From: Carcharhinus longimanus
Taxonomy: Eukaryota
Assembly: GCA_030264375.1 (NCBI GenBank)
Contig: JASCQW010000190.1
Span: 23,159,732-23,223,375, forward strand
Reading direction: 5' to 3'
Length of the DNA: 63,644 bases
Each line of letters opens with the position of its first letter. Position 1 is the first letter of the stretch. Positions 37,150 to 50,873 of this stretch are shown in pieces. The notes beneath the pieces are model-generated. The model did no database searches. It was not told where the DNA came from and saw only the letters and a program-made list of their open reading frames with translations. The translations under genes were made by a program, and so were the position numbers.

Positions 37150-40100
37150 AACTACAGGGGGATTGAATTTAGGAGTCGCAGCGTCATGTTGCAACTGTAC
37201 ACAACTCTGGTGTGGCCGCACTTGGAGTACTGNNNNNNNNNNNNNNNNNNNNNNNNNNNNNNNNNNNNNNNNNNNNNNNNNNNNNNNNNNNNNNNNNNNN
37301 NNNNNNNNNNNNNNNNNNNNNNNNNNNNNNNNATTGTTTTTTAACTGGTTGGCGCAACATCGTGGGCCGAAGGGCCTGTTCTGCGCTGTAATGTTCTATG
37401 TTCTATGTACAGGTTAATTAGCCTCCAGTCAGTAGTCAGGAATTGCTGGCGCCCATTATTAAGGAAGTCTCCACAATGCACTTGGGTTATAGAATGACCT
37501 GATAGAGTTAACATGGTCTTACGAGAAGGAAATTGTAATTGACAATTTTTTCCAGAGTTTCTTCTGGATGTAACTGGTTAGATAGATAAACAAGAACCGG
37601 TTGATGTAGTATACTTAGATTTTCAAAAAGCATTTGATAAGGTGCCACACAAAAGGGAAGTATGCAAGGTGAGGGCTAATGTATTTGGGAGTAATGTATT
37701 AGCATGGGTAGAGGATTAGAGAAACCAAAAGCAGGGATAAATGGGGCACATTCAAGTGGTACAGGTAAATATCTTCTTGGCAACACTTACTTGCTCCCTA
37801 TAAAAATCCAGTAATAATATCCATGATAGAATTGCTGTTATTTTAATAAAGATATAGCACTCTTCAAACACCTCCACTCTGCTGTTCAGAGAACAAACTG
37901 CTTTCTGAAACAAAGACATTTATGCTCTCACTGGATGGCTGGTTCAAATTTCACAACTCTTAACACAGAGATGGTTTCAGGACATCTCCCCCACATAGCC
38001 ACACTAACTATCTATCTGTCATTATAACGCCCCCCCCACCCCCCATCTCTGATTCCATTGTCTTCAGCACCACGTTGAACTTTGAAATATAAAAACTGTT
38101 CATGGTTTCCTATTGTCTCCACTTTCAGGTCAAATAACCTTCCCTTATTTACTTATGAAACATTTGTAAGTTGTAAAAGTCCAATAAACTCCCCTTTGGA
38201 AATTTAACAACTTAAAGATCAATCCCGATCTATCTCTTAATGCAAAATTTACAAACCAACCTACTTGTATATCCACTTCACCATAGCGCCTCATTGCAAG
38301 TGCATGCACCTTGCACTTTTGGGACAGAGAAATGGCAGATGGAGTTTAATCCAGACTGATGCAAGAGGTGCATTTTGGAAGATCAAGTTTAGTGTGAATT
38401 ATATAATGGTAGAACCCTTAGGAGCATTGACATACAGAGCAATCTGGGTGTACAGGTCCACGGATTCCTGAAAGTAGCAACACAGGTGGATAAGGTAGCC
38501 AAGAAGGTATACAGCAAGCTTGCCCTCATTGGCTAGGACATTGATTATAAAAGTTGGCAAGTTATGTTACAGCTGTATAAAACTTTAGTTAGGCTGCATT
38601 TGGAGTATTGCATGCAGTTCTGGTTGCCAGACTACCAGAAGGACATGGATGCTTTGGAGAGGATGCAAAGAATGTTCACCAGAATGTAACTTGGTCTGGA
38701 GGGTGTTAGGTATGAGGAGAGGTTGGATTGTTTTTGCTGGAAAGATGGAGGCTGATGGGCAACCTGATAGAAGTCTATCAAAATGATGAGGCACAGATAG
38801 GGTGGACAGTTGGATGCTTTTTCCCATGGTGGACTTCAAGACGGCACAGTTTCAAGGTGAGATATGGTAAATTTAGGAGAGACATGGGGAAAAGTTTTCA
38901 CCCACAGAGTTGTGGGTGCCAGCAATGCACTGCCAGTGGAGGTCGTGGAAGCAGGCACATTAGCGACGTTCAAGGTATATCTTGATTGACTCCCGTTCGT
39001 GTGTCAATCAGAGGGATAGAAACCATGCATTGGTGCAGGCTTGGTGGGCCGAAGAGTACATTATTGTTCTTTTATATCTCAGCTTTCTCATACATATTGT
39101 CTCCTTTAACATTCCCCAGCTTAATTAAATCATGTACACAGCACTTAGCCTTTGTTACAGAACCAGCGTATTCCCAAAAATATATATATTAAAAAAAAAA
39201 TCCATCTTCCGAGAATGCCCTGAGGGGGACAAAGACAGAATCTATTTAGTTAGAGAACAAAAAAGGAGATACTCCCACTAATGTTATTCCATTGATCTCC
39301 AAATATGTGTACAAATGACTTGCATATTTGAATGCAGAATAAAATTTCAAAATTTGCTGATTCCAGACTTGGTAAGGCTGACAACGACGATGATCCAATT
39401 AATTGCAATAGTTAGATGGCCAGCCAAATAGACAAGTTGCAGATGGTAGGATGCAATTTTAACAGGCATAATACAGACTAAATGGAACAGTACTTAAAAG
39501 TCTACAGGAACAGAGGGACCTGGGGTTCATGTGCGTAGATCTTTGAAGGTGGCAGGATGTATTGACAGAAGTGAACAAAGTATATGGGATCTTGGGCTTC
39601 ATAAATAGAGGCATTTTAATTTAAGAATAAAAGTAGGAATGTTAAGCTGAACCTTTATAAAATTCAGGCTGGATCACATGTAGAATATTGTCAAGTTCTG
39701 GTCATCACACTTGAAGGATGTTGAGGATCTTTGAGAAGATGCAGAGTAGAGTTCCCAGAACAGTTCCAGTTGTGGGGGATTTTAGCAGAAAGGTTATGTT
39801 AGGGTATCTGGGGCTTCTCTTCCTTGGAGCAAAGAAGATTTGATATTGGTGTACAAGATTATACCAGATTTAGAAAAGATTAAGGCCTGTTCNNNNNNNN
39901 NNTCCCTTTATCTGATGGTACAAGGACTAGGGCCACAGATTTAAGTTTTGAGGATAGAGGTGACTGGGAGACATGAACTTTTTTACATGGCACACGGTAA
40001 TGAGAATTAGCTTCGTTACCTATGGTCTTCACGAGTGCTGGAAATGGAGATGATGAATAATGTTAAAAGGAAATTGGTTAGGCAGTTGAGGAAAATAAAT

Positions 40101-40157
40101 TTATAGAGCTAGAGTGAGAAAATGGGACTAATTTGATTGTCATACAGAGAACTGGCA
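37150..40157 (+). mobile_element. Several CR1 fragments in COG8 intron 2
   Basis: LQLYTTLVWPHLEY, VDVVYLDFQKAFDKVPH and further decayed RT/3' UTR pieces at ~37150-37760, 38320-39060 and 39340-40157. Confidence 0.8.
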
Positions 40158-41120
40158 TGATTTGATTTATTATTGTCACATGTATTAGTATACAGTGCAG
40201 TATTGTTTCTTGCGCACTATATAGACAGCATACCATTCATAGAGAAGGAAGCGAGAGAGTGCAGAATGTGATGTTACAATCATCATTAGGGTACAGAGAA
40301 AGATCAACTTAATACAAGATAGGTCCATTCAGAAGTCTGATGGCAGCAGGGAAGAAGCTGTTCTTGAGTCAATTGGTATGTGACCTCAGAGTTTTGTATC
40401 TTTCCATAGAATCATAGAAACCCTACAGTGCAGAAAGAAGCCATTTGGCCCTTCAAGTCTGCTAATCCCTCTAACCTATGCATCTCATGACACTAAGGGG
40501 CAATTTTAGCTGGCCAATCAACCTAACACGCATATCTTTGGACTGTGGGAGGAAACCGGAGCACGTGAGGAAACCCACGCAGACACGAGGAGAATGTACT
40601 AACACCACACAGACAGTGACCTAAGCTGGGAATCGAACCCAGGTCCCTGGAGCTGTGAAGCATCAGTGCTAACTACTGTGCTACTATGCCACCCAACAGA
40701 AGAAGATGGAAGGGAGTATGTCTGAGTGCGTGGGGTTCTTAATTATGCTGGCTGCTGTTCCAAGGCAGCAGGAAGTGTAGACGAAGTCAGTGGATGGGAA
40801 GCTGGTTTGCGTGATAGATTGGGCTACATTTACAACTTTTTGTAGTTTCTTGCGGTCTTGGGCAAAGCAGGAGCCATACCAAGCTGTGNNNNNNNNNNNN
40901 NNNNNNNNNNNNNNNNNNNNNNNNNNNNNNNNNNNNNNNNNNNNNNNNNNNNNNNNNNNNNNNNNNNNNNNNNNNNNNNNNNNNNNNNTTTGTAGTTTCT
41001 TGCGGTCTTGGGCAAAGCAGGAGCCATACCAAGCTGTGATACAACCAGAAAGAATGCTTTCTATGTTGCACCTGTAAAAGCTGATAGGAGTCCTAGCAGA
41101 CATGTTTAATTTCCTGGACA
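40158..41120 (-). mobile_element. Rex1/Babar LINE 3' fragment, interrupted by a SINE at ~40405-40693
   Basis: SFYRCNIESILSGCITAWYGSCFAQDRKKLQKVVNVAQSIT...AASIIKNPTH. 3' end ...TGTGACAATAATAAATCAAATCA. Confidence 0.88.
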
Positions 41121-41498
41121 TGGACTCGCTGGGTTAAATATCCACATCCTGTGCCGTAATTACTCAATTTCCTTATGACTGGTAAAGTACTTTAAGGCTG
41201 AACAGTTCCTTAGAAGATCATCAGAAGTGATTGATGCAGAATTGCAACGGTGATCTTCATAATAGCTTCAGAAGTTGAATTTGAAAGCAGTACCTCTAAA
41301 AGTCAGACTATTGGGGAACAGATTGAGTTAGTGCAAGGATGGAGGAATTGCATTACCAGACTTGAGATTAATTACCCTGATGCATGATCAGTGATAGCAG
41401 TGGCAGGTCTGGAAAAACTTACAACTCGATTGTCCTTTTCTCCATTTTAACATTCCGCTCCAATCTGCATCTTTCTAAATTCAATTTTTCCTTTATAG

Positions 41499-41667
41499 GT
41501 AACGAAGCTAATTCTCACTTTTCATCGAGCAGAGGAAACTGCCTTCAGTGTGAAAGAACGAGAGCTGTTTGTCCAGTTCTGCATAACCTTTACTGAAGAC
41601 CTAGTGCCTTATCTGAACCGATGCTTACAGGTTCTTTTTCCACCTGCTCAAGTAGCACAGATCCTTG
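41499..41667 (+). CDS. COG8: COG8 coding exon 3
   Basis: Acceptor TTTTTCCTTTATAG|GTA. Translates VTKLILTFHRAEETAFSVKERELFVQFCITFTEDLVPYLNRCLQVLFPPAQVAQILG. Donor G|GTATGT. 169 nt, phase 1. Confidence 0.95.
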
Positions 41668-41816
41668 GTATGTACTCAGATGTTGCACATTCTCCAGTCA
41701 CTCTTTACTTAGTTTTAATGGATTATATTACATTTGCTATTGATTAAATCATAACTCTATGATTCACTAGCAGCTATAATCATTTGTTTTTCATATTTTA
41801 CACTTTATGTTGGCAG

Positions 41817-42130
41817 GTATTCCTCCCACGCAGCTTCATAAATATGGTTCAATTGGGTGCATTAATGTAAGTGCTATTCTGGAACTGCTCGATTTTCTCC
41901 TACCAAAAAAAGAAATTCTAATTCCACCCAAAAGTCCCAACCAGATTCTGACAGCGGAAACCACATTAGACAGCCCTGTATCAGAGAGAAAAACTGAGAA
42001 GCTAAGTGAACAATATCCAACACCACTGCCTTCATCTGTGCAAAGTTTTACAATGGAGAAAATGAAACCAGGCCCACTATATGTGGGTAGTCAAACAGAA
42101 GAAGATACTTCACTGCAATCTGGATCGTAG
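41817..42130 (+). CDS. COG8: COG8 coding exon 4 (terminal)
   Basis: Acceptor TTGGCAG|GT completes Gly. Translates IPPTQLHKYGSIGCINV...SGS-TAG. The four exons sum to 1845 nt = 614 aa plus stop, in frame. AATAAA signals follow near 42486 and 42909-42931. Confidence 0.9.
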
Positions 42131-43419
42131 CACGTTTTAAGTTAAATGTGATTATCTGTACGTGAGATTCCTATCATTTATTTCAAGAGCAGACTGAACT
42201 ACATAAATGTTTTCCCCTAGTTCATTATTGAAAAATGAGATTATCCTGGGTTTAATTGGTCCTAAAATGCAGAACATGTTGTAACAAAAAAAAATCTTGA
42301 TGTGGTCAACCAAAGTGAAATAAGTGCTATGTCTTGTCCCAAAACATCAGGTTGTATTTATGTAAATTCTTATGTAATTCTTGATAAAACCAGAAATATT
42401 GTTTTTCCAAATGTCTGATGTTTTGATAACTTTATTTCAAAACATCTGCAAGAATTTTCAGCTAGTATATATGTACAATTGAGAAAATAAATTATTAATT
42501 CTGTTAAGAGACATTGTTTTCTGCATATGGCAAAAAATTGCCAATTTAATTCTTGTGATAGCTTTCTTAAGTAGTTAGCAAACTCCTGCTAATGATAAAC
42601 TTAGTTAATGCGAAGGCAACCACATTTAACCACTGAATTGGTTACCAACGATATTTGTGTGACCATGCAAAATTTTACAAGTTTTATTCTGGAAATTAGA
42701 ATTCACTTGTAAAGAAACAGGGAACCTGACAAAAAATATCAGATTTTATTTGATGCCTGCTCTGAATGGGAAACTAGGATAATCTTGAATCTCAATTTCA
42801 ACTTTTGAATGATGTGTTTACAGATTTTCATTGTATAATAGAATCACACTATCTATGTGGAAGCTGTTCTGAAATAATTTTAATTTAAAAGGGTTGTGGA
42901 GTTTGTGAAATAAAGTGCTAATATTAATAAACATTTATTGTATGCAAATGTGATGTAATTTGCAGTAATATCATTGGGAAATGTGAAACTTCATAAATTG
43001 TGTTAATCAATGGAAACATCCTTAGTTTTGTGAATTGTAAATAGCAAATTCAAGGTAAAAAAATGCTCTAAAAATTACTGGGTTTTTAAACAGTTGTCCT
43101 AAGTTGCCAAATGGGATGGCAATAGTTATTAATCCCATGGGAAGAATAGGCAAAGGCTTAAGTTCCATCCACATCAATAGAGACGTTTTGACTGATTTAG
43201 CTTGTATAAAAATGAGTAATTTGTTTCATTGTACCAATTAAAGATGAGTGAACTTCCAAGCAGTGAGTGAACAAGAATATGCTTTTTATGGGAAAACTGG
43301 AGTTGAATTCACAAATGGCTAGTGCTGCACTCCAATTCTTTTAAAATTCTTATACCTCGTCAGATATAATTTTTATCATGGATGATAAATTCTTGTACAA
43401 CTTTAAGGACTCTGTGAAC

Positions 43420-44345
43420 CTGCTCTGCCATTCAGTAAGATCCACTTCCTTGTCTCTCCCTCTCCCCTCCCTCCCAATCCCATATCCCTTGACTCCCTTG
43501 TAGGTCAAAAACCTGTCTCGCTTGACCTTGAATTCAAGTCCTAAATGGAGCTAAATGACCCCTTCCTTTTAAACTGTGCCCCTAGTTCTAGATTCCCCAC
43601 AACAGAAAACATCCTCTTGTATGTACTCTGTGAAGCCTGCTCCCCTGCCCCCTCCAGCCTGCATCTTATGTTTCAATAAGCTCACCTCTCATTCTTCTGA
43701 ACTCCAAGGAGTTTAGGCTTAATGTACTTGACCCATTCTTCAAAGATAACTCCTCCACACTGTAATCAGCTTTATAAACTTTACATTATATCCTTAAGGT
43801 GACCAAAACTTAAGTTCTCTGGTACAGACTCACCAATGTCTTGTACTATTTCATCAAGACTTCTTTACTTTTATACTCCATCCTCCTTGCAATAAAGGCC
43901 AACTTTCTCCATGTCTTCCTAATTACTTGCTGTACCTATATGCTAACTTTGTGATCCATGTACAAGGATATCAAGATTACTCTGTATTCCCTATTTAAAT
44001 ATGCTACTTTTGGATTTTTCCTGTTACCTTGCATTTTCCCACAGAGTCCATCTGGCAAATTTTTACTCACGCATTTAACCTATCTATAATCGCTTTGCAA
44101 ACTTATGTATCCTTGCAACTTGCTTTTCTACATAAATTTGTCATCAGCAAATTTGGCTACAATATAGTCTGTCCCTTAAATCGTTATGATGTGGGTATGC
44201 CGGCGTTAACATAGATTACAAACATTTGAAGTCCTAGCACTGATCTCTGTGACATTCCATTAGTTACAATCCTGAAAAATGAGCCATTTATCCTGACTTT
44301 GTTTCCTGTTAATTAATCAATTCTCTATCCATGTTTACATCCCTA
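43420..44345 (-). mobile_element. Decayed CR1 LINE
   Basis: Minus-strand CR1 RT and 3' UTR signatures (GTCATCAGCAAATTTG, AAACTGTGCCCCTAGTTCTAGA). Confidence 0.75.
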
Positions 44346-44354
44346 ACACCAGCC

Positions 44355-44998
44355 TTTTAAATACTATGGCTACAAGAGCAGGTAGGAGGCTAGGAATCCT
44401 GTGGTCAGGAGTGTGAAGGAATATTTCCCATTTGCCTGGATGAGTACAGCTCCAATATTACTCAAAGCTTGACATTCTCCAGGCCAAAGGAGTTTGCTTG
44501 ATTTGATAGCCCATTTGCAAACATTCAGTCACTCCATCACTGATGTACAGTAGCAGCAGTTTGCACCATCTACAAGATGTGNNNNNNNNNNNNNNNNNNN
44601 NNNNNNNNNNNNNNNNNNNNNNNNNNNNNNNNNNNNNNNNNNNNNNNNNNNNNNNNNNNNNNNNNNNNNNNNNNNNNNNNNAAGATGTGCTACAGGAACT
44701 CACCAAGGTTCCTTAGAAAGTACCTTCCAACTGCTACCATCTAAAAGGACAAGGGCAGCAAACACATAGGTACACCACCACTTGGAGGTTCCCCTCCAAG
44801 CCACCCACCATCCTGATTGATTGGAAGTATACTGCCGCTCCTGGGTCAAACTTCTGAAGTTATCTGCTTCACAGCACTGTGGGTGCACCTAAATCAGGAG
44901 AATTGCAGAGGTTCAAGAAAGCAAATCACATTCTCAATGAGAATAAGAGATGTGCAATGAATGTTGGCCCAGCCAAGGATGCCCACTTCCCATGAATA
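44355..44998 (+). mobile_element. LINE 3' fragment of a second CR1/L2-group family
   Basis: Shares GAAGTTCC..TCCAAGC..CACCAT..TTGGAA..TAT..GCTG..CTGGGTCAAA with 13330-13540. A related tail is at ~49520-49610. Confidence 0.6.
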
Positions 44999-47900
44999 AT
45001 AAAGATATTACAACCAATGAGGAGGTTGGGAATCATTTACAAATCCCACTCCTAATCACTATTGCTACCTACAGTATTAGGTGAGGAAAGGATCAAGGTC
45101 AGCAGAATGTACTCCTCTAATCTGAGGAAAATAATGATGGGCTGTTGTAAATCAACCCAGCAAGAGGGCCAACAAGAATGCTATGGGAATTTACATAATT
45201 ATGGCTCAGATCTTGCTTTTGCTGATTTGTTCACCTTTATCCCTAGGTCCATTTACACTTGTACATCAATTTATTTTCTAAATCAAAGGACAAATATAAA
45301 CATCACCCACACAAGTGTATCATCTAATTTATTTAAGTTCAATTATTACTTACCTGCCAATCTGCTAGTTTTTGGATGTATTCATGAAGATATCCCAGTC
45401 CCCACCCTGTTTGGCATTGTCTGTGAATTGTGCTATTGAGTTACTTTCCTAAGTCCTAATCATTAAATTATGAATAATAATGGTCACAGCACTGATTGCT
45501 GCTATCTTCCCCAAAGCTGAATAAGCTACCCTTTACCTTAGCTTTGAGGTAGAGAGATTCTTCCCGCTCAGAAAGGACAACAGGACTAGAGGGCACAGCC
45601 TCAAGATAAGGCGGGGGGGGGCAGTTTAGAATGGAGTTGAGGAGGAACTTCTTCATTCAAAGGGTGGTGAATCTCTGGAATTCTCTTCCTGTTGAAGTGG
45701 TGGAGGCTACCTCACTAAATATATTTAAGTCACGGGTAGATAGGTTTTTGACAGACAAGGGAATTAAGGGTTATGGGGAGAAAGCGGGAAAGTGGAACTG
45801 ATCCACTTCAGATCAGCCATGATCTTATTGAATGGCAGGCTCAAAGGGCTAGATGGCCTACTCCTGCTCCTATTTCTTATGTTCTTATAGCTTCCTACTT
45901 TTTATTCTAGGCCAAATTTCTATCCATTCAGCTATTTGCCACCTTATTGATTCCATGTGCCCCATTGTCACGCTGCTGTGTGATATTTATTGAAGATCTC
46001 TTGAAACTCCAAGTAAATGACTACATTATCCAGGTTTACTATAACTCTTCAACAAATTAAGTGCAACTTTAGCTTTTTAAGAGTCCTTTCAGTGAAATAA
46101 AGACACACTTATTCAAACACACGCAGCATTCACAGCAAAAGGACAAATTGAGGTAAATGGATATGATTTAATTACCATTATAGAGACATGGCATGGCTAC
46201 AGAGTGACCAAAACTGGGAACTAAATATCCAAGGAGAGCCATCATTTAGAAACGAGAGGAGATAGGGTAGCCCTCTTAATAAGGAGCAAGATCAGTATAT
46301 TAGAGAGGATCTTAGATCAAAAGACCAAGATTTAAAAGCACTTTGGGTGCAACCAATACTTATGGACAGTTAACAGTAGTAAGAGTTACTCATAGGGCAC
46401 TAAACAGTATAACAGAGGAGGAATTTCTTCACTCAAGAGGGTGGTGAATCTTTAGAACTTGCCACTTCAGAGGGTTGTGGAAGATCAAATATTGAGCACA
46501 ATCAAGACAGAAATTAATATTCTGTAGACTAATAAATAACATCAAGGAATATGGAGATAGAGCTGATATTTGATCAGCAATGATCTAATGGGATGAAAGA
46601 GCAGGCTTCACAGGCTGAATGGTCCACTGCTGTTCCTATGATTTTTGAAATACCTATTTCTAGTTCTATCACTTAGTTTAGATCCAGTATCCTTCCTAAT
46701 ATTTACAATAAATTGATTGGTCTATGGATCACATTTTTAATTGCCTTTTTTCTATGTAAGAATATTAGTTCTCTGGCACTATTTCCTCTTCTATTTGATA
46801 ATGCGTGTTTTATTGTGTGCACTCTGACCTGTGCAGGTACCATTTAAAATAAGAAATTATTCTAGACAGTATGTACATCCCCAAATCTAAGTACAGGAAC
46901 AAGAGACCTGACTGTTCACATGTATAAATCTTAAAAGGTGGCAGGTAAGTTAATAAAGCTATTAAAAACATAGGGGATGCTTGCTTTCATAAATAGCACA
47001 CCAAACTTTTTCTAAATCATTGGTTAGGTATCAACTGAATGGGGTGTCATAGTGGCACAGCAATTAGCACTGCTGCTTCAGAGCGCCAGGGACCCGGGTT
47101 CAATTCCTGGCTTAGGTCACTGTCTGTGTGGAGTTTGCACATTCTCCCTGTGTCTGCGTGGGTTTCCTCCCACATTCTGAAATACATGCTAGTTAGGTGC
47201 ATTGACTTGAACAGGCGGCAGACTGTGGACACTAGGGTAATTTCACAGTAGCTTCATNNNNNNNNNNNNNNNNNNNNNNNNNNNNNNNNNNNNNNNNNNN
47301 NNNNNNNNNNNNNNNNNNNNNNNNNNNNNNNNNNNNNNNNNNNNNNNNNNNNNNNNNCTTGAACAAGCGGCAGACTGTGGACACTAGGGTAATTTCACAG
47401 TAGCTTCATTGCAGTATTAATGAATGCCTTACTTGTGACTAATAAACTTTATATCCACTATCAAACTGTAAAACAAAATCAAAATTCTTAAAACAAAGAT
47501 GGACACAATGAATCCAAGGCAGAAAAATAGTCCAGATAGAATACTGTGCATATGTTTTCAAGATAAAATTGAAATAAAAATATTCCCAGTTTTAGCTTAG
47601 CAATGTATGTTACTCAAATATCCGCATCTGTCGACCTTAAAACACCCACTTCCCACCATTGAGATTTAGCAAATCTGTGTACAATTACTGCGGCTGAATT
47701 ACTTCCTGAGTTATGCAGCTTTAACACCACACTCAACATCATAATATGACATTAAAATGAAGCCAATGCAATAATTATTCATGAATCCGTTTATATAGAT
47801 CTAAAGCGTACAAAACATTTTTCAATGTAAAACAGTGAATACAATATTTAACTCTTCATTAACCTACTTCAGTTAGTTTAAAGACTTGCCTTCACCTACA

Positions 47901-48971
47901 CAAATATTGTAAATATAAAATTCATTTGGTTTCAAGTCACCTTCTGCCATTATATTTATCACTACCACAGTAATTGCTACTTTAATTAATGCAACTGCTC
48001 TAATTGCTACTCTGAAAAGATACTTCTTCCATTTATAAATCCGAGGGACGAAAGTGAAATCTGAAGCAAGATGCAATGCCTCATTTTTATCACCACCCAA
48101 GGAAATTACTTGTGAAAAGGGAATTACTTAACTGATTGGATTTCTATGTCATTATATAATCAGGCATTGTAATTGCAGTTAAGTATCCATCAAACTATTT
48201 GTAGCAATCAGTTCAGAACAACACAAGCGACAGAAACAAGTCTAGAGGTAAGCTGCAAAATCTGAGATTTCTATTCTGCAAAAAGCCTTACCCTCAGTAT
48301 TTTCAGAAATGATATTAAGGTGTGCACATTGAATTTCTTTACTGCAACGTGCACAAAACTGCCTCTCTAATGTACAGCACACATTAAAGGAATGCTAAGA
48401 CATTATTTGTACCCATCCCTAAAAGATTTAGATAAATCTTCATGTTTGTCAAACAGAACTAAAAAAAAATCAAAGTAATAACTTTTGATGTTACTGAACC
48501 GAAAAGATTCTGTCATAAATGCACATTAAATATACCTAAGAGGAAAATTTCTAAAAAAAATTGATGAAACAATTAAACAAGAAAAATACTGAATGTATTA
48601 TATTTATTTATACTGAAGTTTTCAGTCACTGTGAGTATAGCCAAAGTGTTTCAGGAGCCAATTCCACAGGAATATTTTTATGCTAGGATGCAAGATGCAT
48701 GTGGTTGAAGATATGCATTATGTTGACTACTAAACCTTCTTCCTCCAGCAAGACAAGTATAAATATAACTTTAATAGAAGACATTAAATGCATATAAGGT
48801 TTCTAGTTTCAAGCATCTTTTGAAAATGTTTGCAAGAGTCATATATTCAAGGAGTACTGATGATAATAACCTTTGTTGATTTTACATAATACATAAATAG
48901 CTTTACAACATAATGATTGAAAATCCTAGTAAGATACTGAAAAATTGGAGTATAATAGTTGAAAAAAATAT

Positions 48972-49241
48972 TTATTTCTTCTTAACAAACTTTTTTGATG
49001 CAGCATTTGGATTCATCCTCCTTCTCCCAGCTCCAACTCTGTTGTCCCGAATACTTAAATGGGCAGCTCTGCTGTAGATGTCATTCTCCACAAATGGAGA
49101 AACTCCTGCAACATAATCTGGGTCAAAAACATTTGTCTTCTGCCTAGCCTTTCTGGACAGTCGTTGCTGAGGGAAGTTCTGGTCTTCAGTCAAATGTGGA
49201 TTATTGCCATGTTTCCCACCACGTGGCATTGGAAGAGTGTA
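48972..49241 (-). CDS. NOB1: NOB1 exon 9 (terminal)
   Basis: YTLPMPRGGKHGNNPHLTEDQNFPQQRLSRKARQKTNVFDPDYVAGVSPFVENDIYSRAA...NPNAASKKFVKKK-TAA. 270 nt. AATAAA on - near 48603-48608. Confidence 0.96.
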   Translation of the reverse strand, partial: YTLPMPRGGKHGNNPHLTEDQNFPQQRLSRKARQKTNVFDPDYVAGVSPFVENDIYSRAAHLSIRDNRVGAGRRRMNPNAASKKFVKKK

Positions 49242-50014
49242 CTATTGGGGGGAGAATTCAAATAAACAATTTTAATGAGAATATTTATTATATGGATGTA
49301 TTAAGCCAGATCTGGCATTCATAATTAGCTTTTTGAAATATAGGTGAACTGTAGTTTATCAAAAGAAATGTTGTTCTTAAAAAGGAAACATTCTTTCCTT
49401 TGAAACAAGATTTATCATAAAACCCATCAGGTTCACTAATGTCCTTTAGGGAAGGAAATCTGCCATTCTTACCTGGTCTGGCCGACATGTGATCCCAGGT
49501 CCACAGCAATGTGTTGGACTCTGAAATGGCCTACCACTCAGTAAAAGGGCAATTAGGGTTGGGCAATAAATGCTACCCAGCCAACGGTGCCCACACCCCA
49601 TGAATGATTTTTTTAAAATCAAGATGATAATGAGGGAGGAGGGNNNNNNNNNNAAACATTTCAATTTCATCACTTCAGGTCTTACTGCTCCTCCCAGTGA
49701 TCGTAGAGAATTGATTTACTTCCCTCCCATGCATTGTTGAGCAACACTCTTGCAATGTTGGTTCAGGAGCAGTTATTAAAAACAGCACATTTAAAAAGGT
49801 GTGTTTTGGTCCAATGATTATGGAACTTTAAAAAGATCTTTTTATGAAATGAATATGAAGGAAATAACTTAAGTAAAGGTTTCACTAAGATCCATGTTTC
49901 ACTTTCAGTTAACAAGCAGTTTTCTAATGCAGGATAAATAGAGCAGAAAAGTTTAGTAACATCACAGAAATATTCTTCACATTTTATAATATTAACAAAA
50001 AGAAGCGATCTTAC

Positions 50015-50159
50015 CCTCAGTCCTCGTGCATTCAGCACTTTTGGGTTTTTTGAAAAATGCATATGAATACTGCCATCCTCATTTATGGTCACTGCTACCT
50101 TCTTCAGAGTCTTGTTACCACAGTTTGGGCAGAATGTCTTATTCATATTAGTTGTAGTC
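50015..50159 (-). CDS. NOB1: NOB1 exon 8
   Basis: TTTNMNKTFCPNCGNKTLKKVAVTINEDGSIHMHFSKNPKVLNARGLR, the second CxxC. 145 nt. GTAAGA donor. Confidence 0.96.
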
Positions 50160-50720
50160 CTGTTAAAGCCAATCAGAAAGATATGTTTACATATCACTGA
50201 ATTTAGCTATCATCATTGTCCTTTCCTCTTTATTTATACATTTATGGAGCATTTATAGCCTTTCTATAGTAGATTTCCCCTAATGGCTCAGAGGTAGAAT
50301 TAATCTACCAATTCTATCTCAGAATTGGTCTATGACCAAGAATCAGGTTAGTTCAGCTGCATTAGCAATGTTACACGTGACTTTAAACACTGCTGGACTA
50401 TGATGGGGAGATTAATTTCCAATGCATGTCAGTACACATCACAGAACTTCCTCCAAGACAGCAGTGATTCTGAGGAATGAAGTGTTTAGCATGCAATATG
50501 TTAACTAGGGGGGTGATCTTTTGAACTTGGGGCTAAAGCACAATATTGAGTCAGAAAAGAGGATACCCAGTTACCTATATTACCTGTGCTCAGTGATTAA
50601 TTGATACCGACACTGGATCGCTATAATCAAAATTTATAGTTTCTGAGATTTGTATCCTTTCACTAGCTTAAAAATCTATTAAAACACTTCAATTCATAGT
50701 CGACTGGGGTTGAACATACC

Positions 50721-50873
50721 AAAGGTCAGGTTGATATATGGAGCAGGGACCGACCATCAGGAATACCATGCTGGTAGGGTGGTTTACACCATTGATTTGA
50801 TGGTTTCCTTCTTCTACAATTCTCGATTGCTGAAGCCTGCTCCATTCTGGCAGTTTTCATGCTTCATCCCTCT
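50721..50873 (-). ncRNA. Candidate intronic box C/D snoRNA-like RNA in NOB1 intron 7
   Basis: On -: AGAGG-G-ATGAAGC (box C-like) ... CTGA-CCTTT (box D plus closing stem), with a perfect internal 10-bp stem ATGGAGCAGG/CCTGCTCCAT. Confidence 0.4.

Noticed and set aside
40838-41039. Direct repeats flanking gaps (also 47205-47410 and 44572-44690)
   Set aside because: Near-identical sequence on both sides of ~100-N gaps indicates unmerged contig overlaps.
50738-50845. Hammerhead reading of the intron-7 structure (GAAA...CUGAUGG)
   Set aside because: The core is mismatched, stem II does not form and there is no valid NUH geometry. The C/D interpretation fits better.
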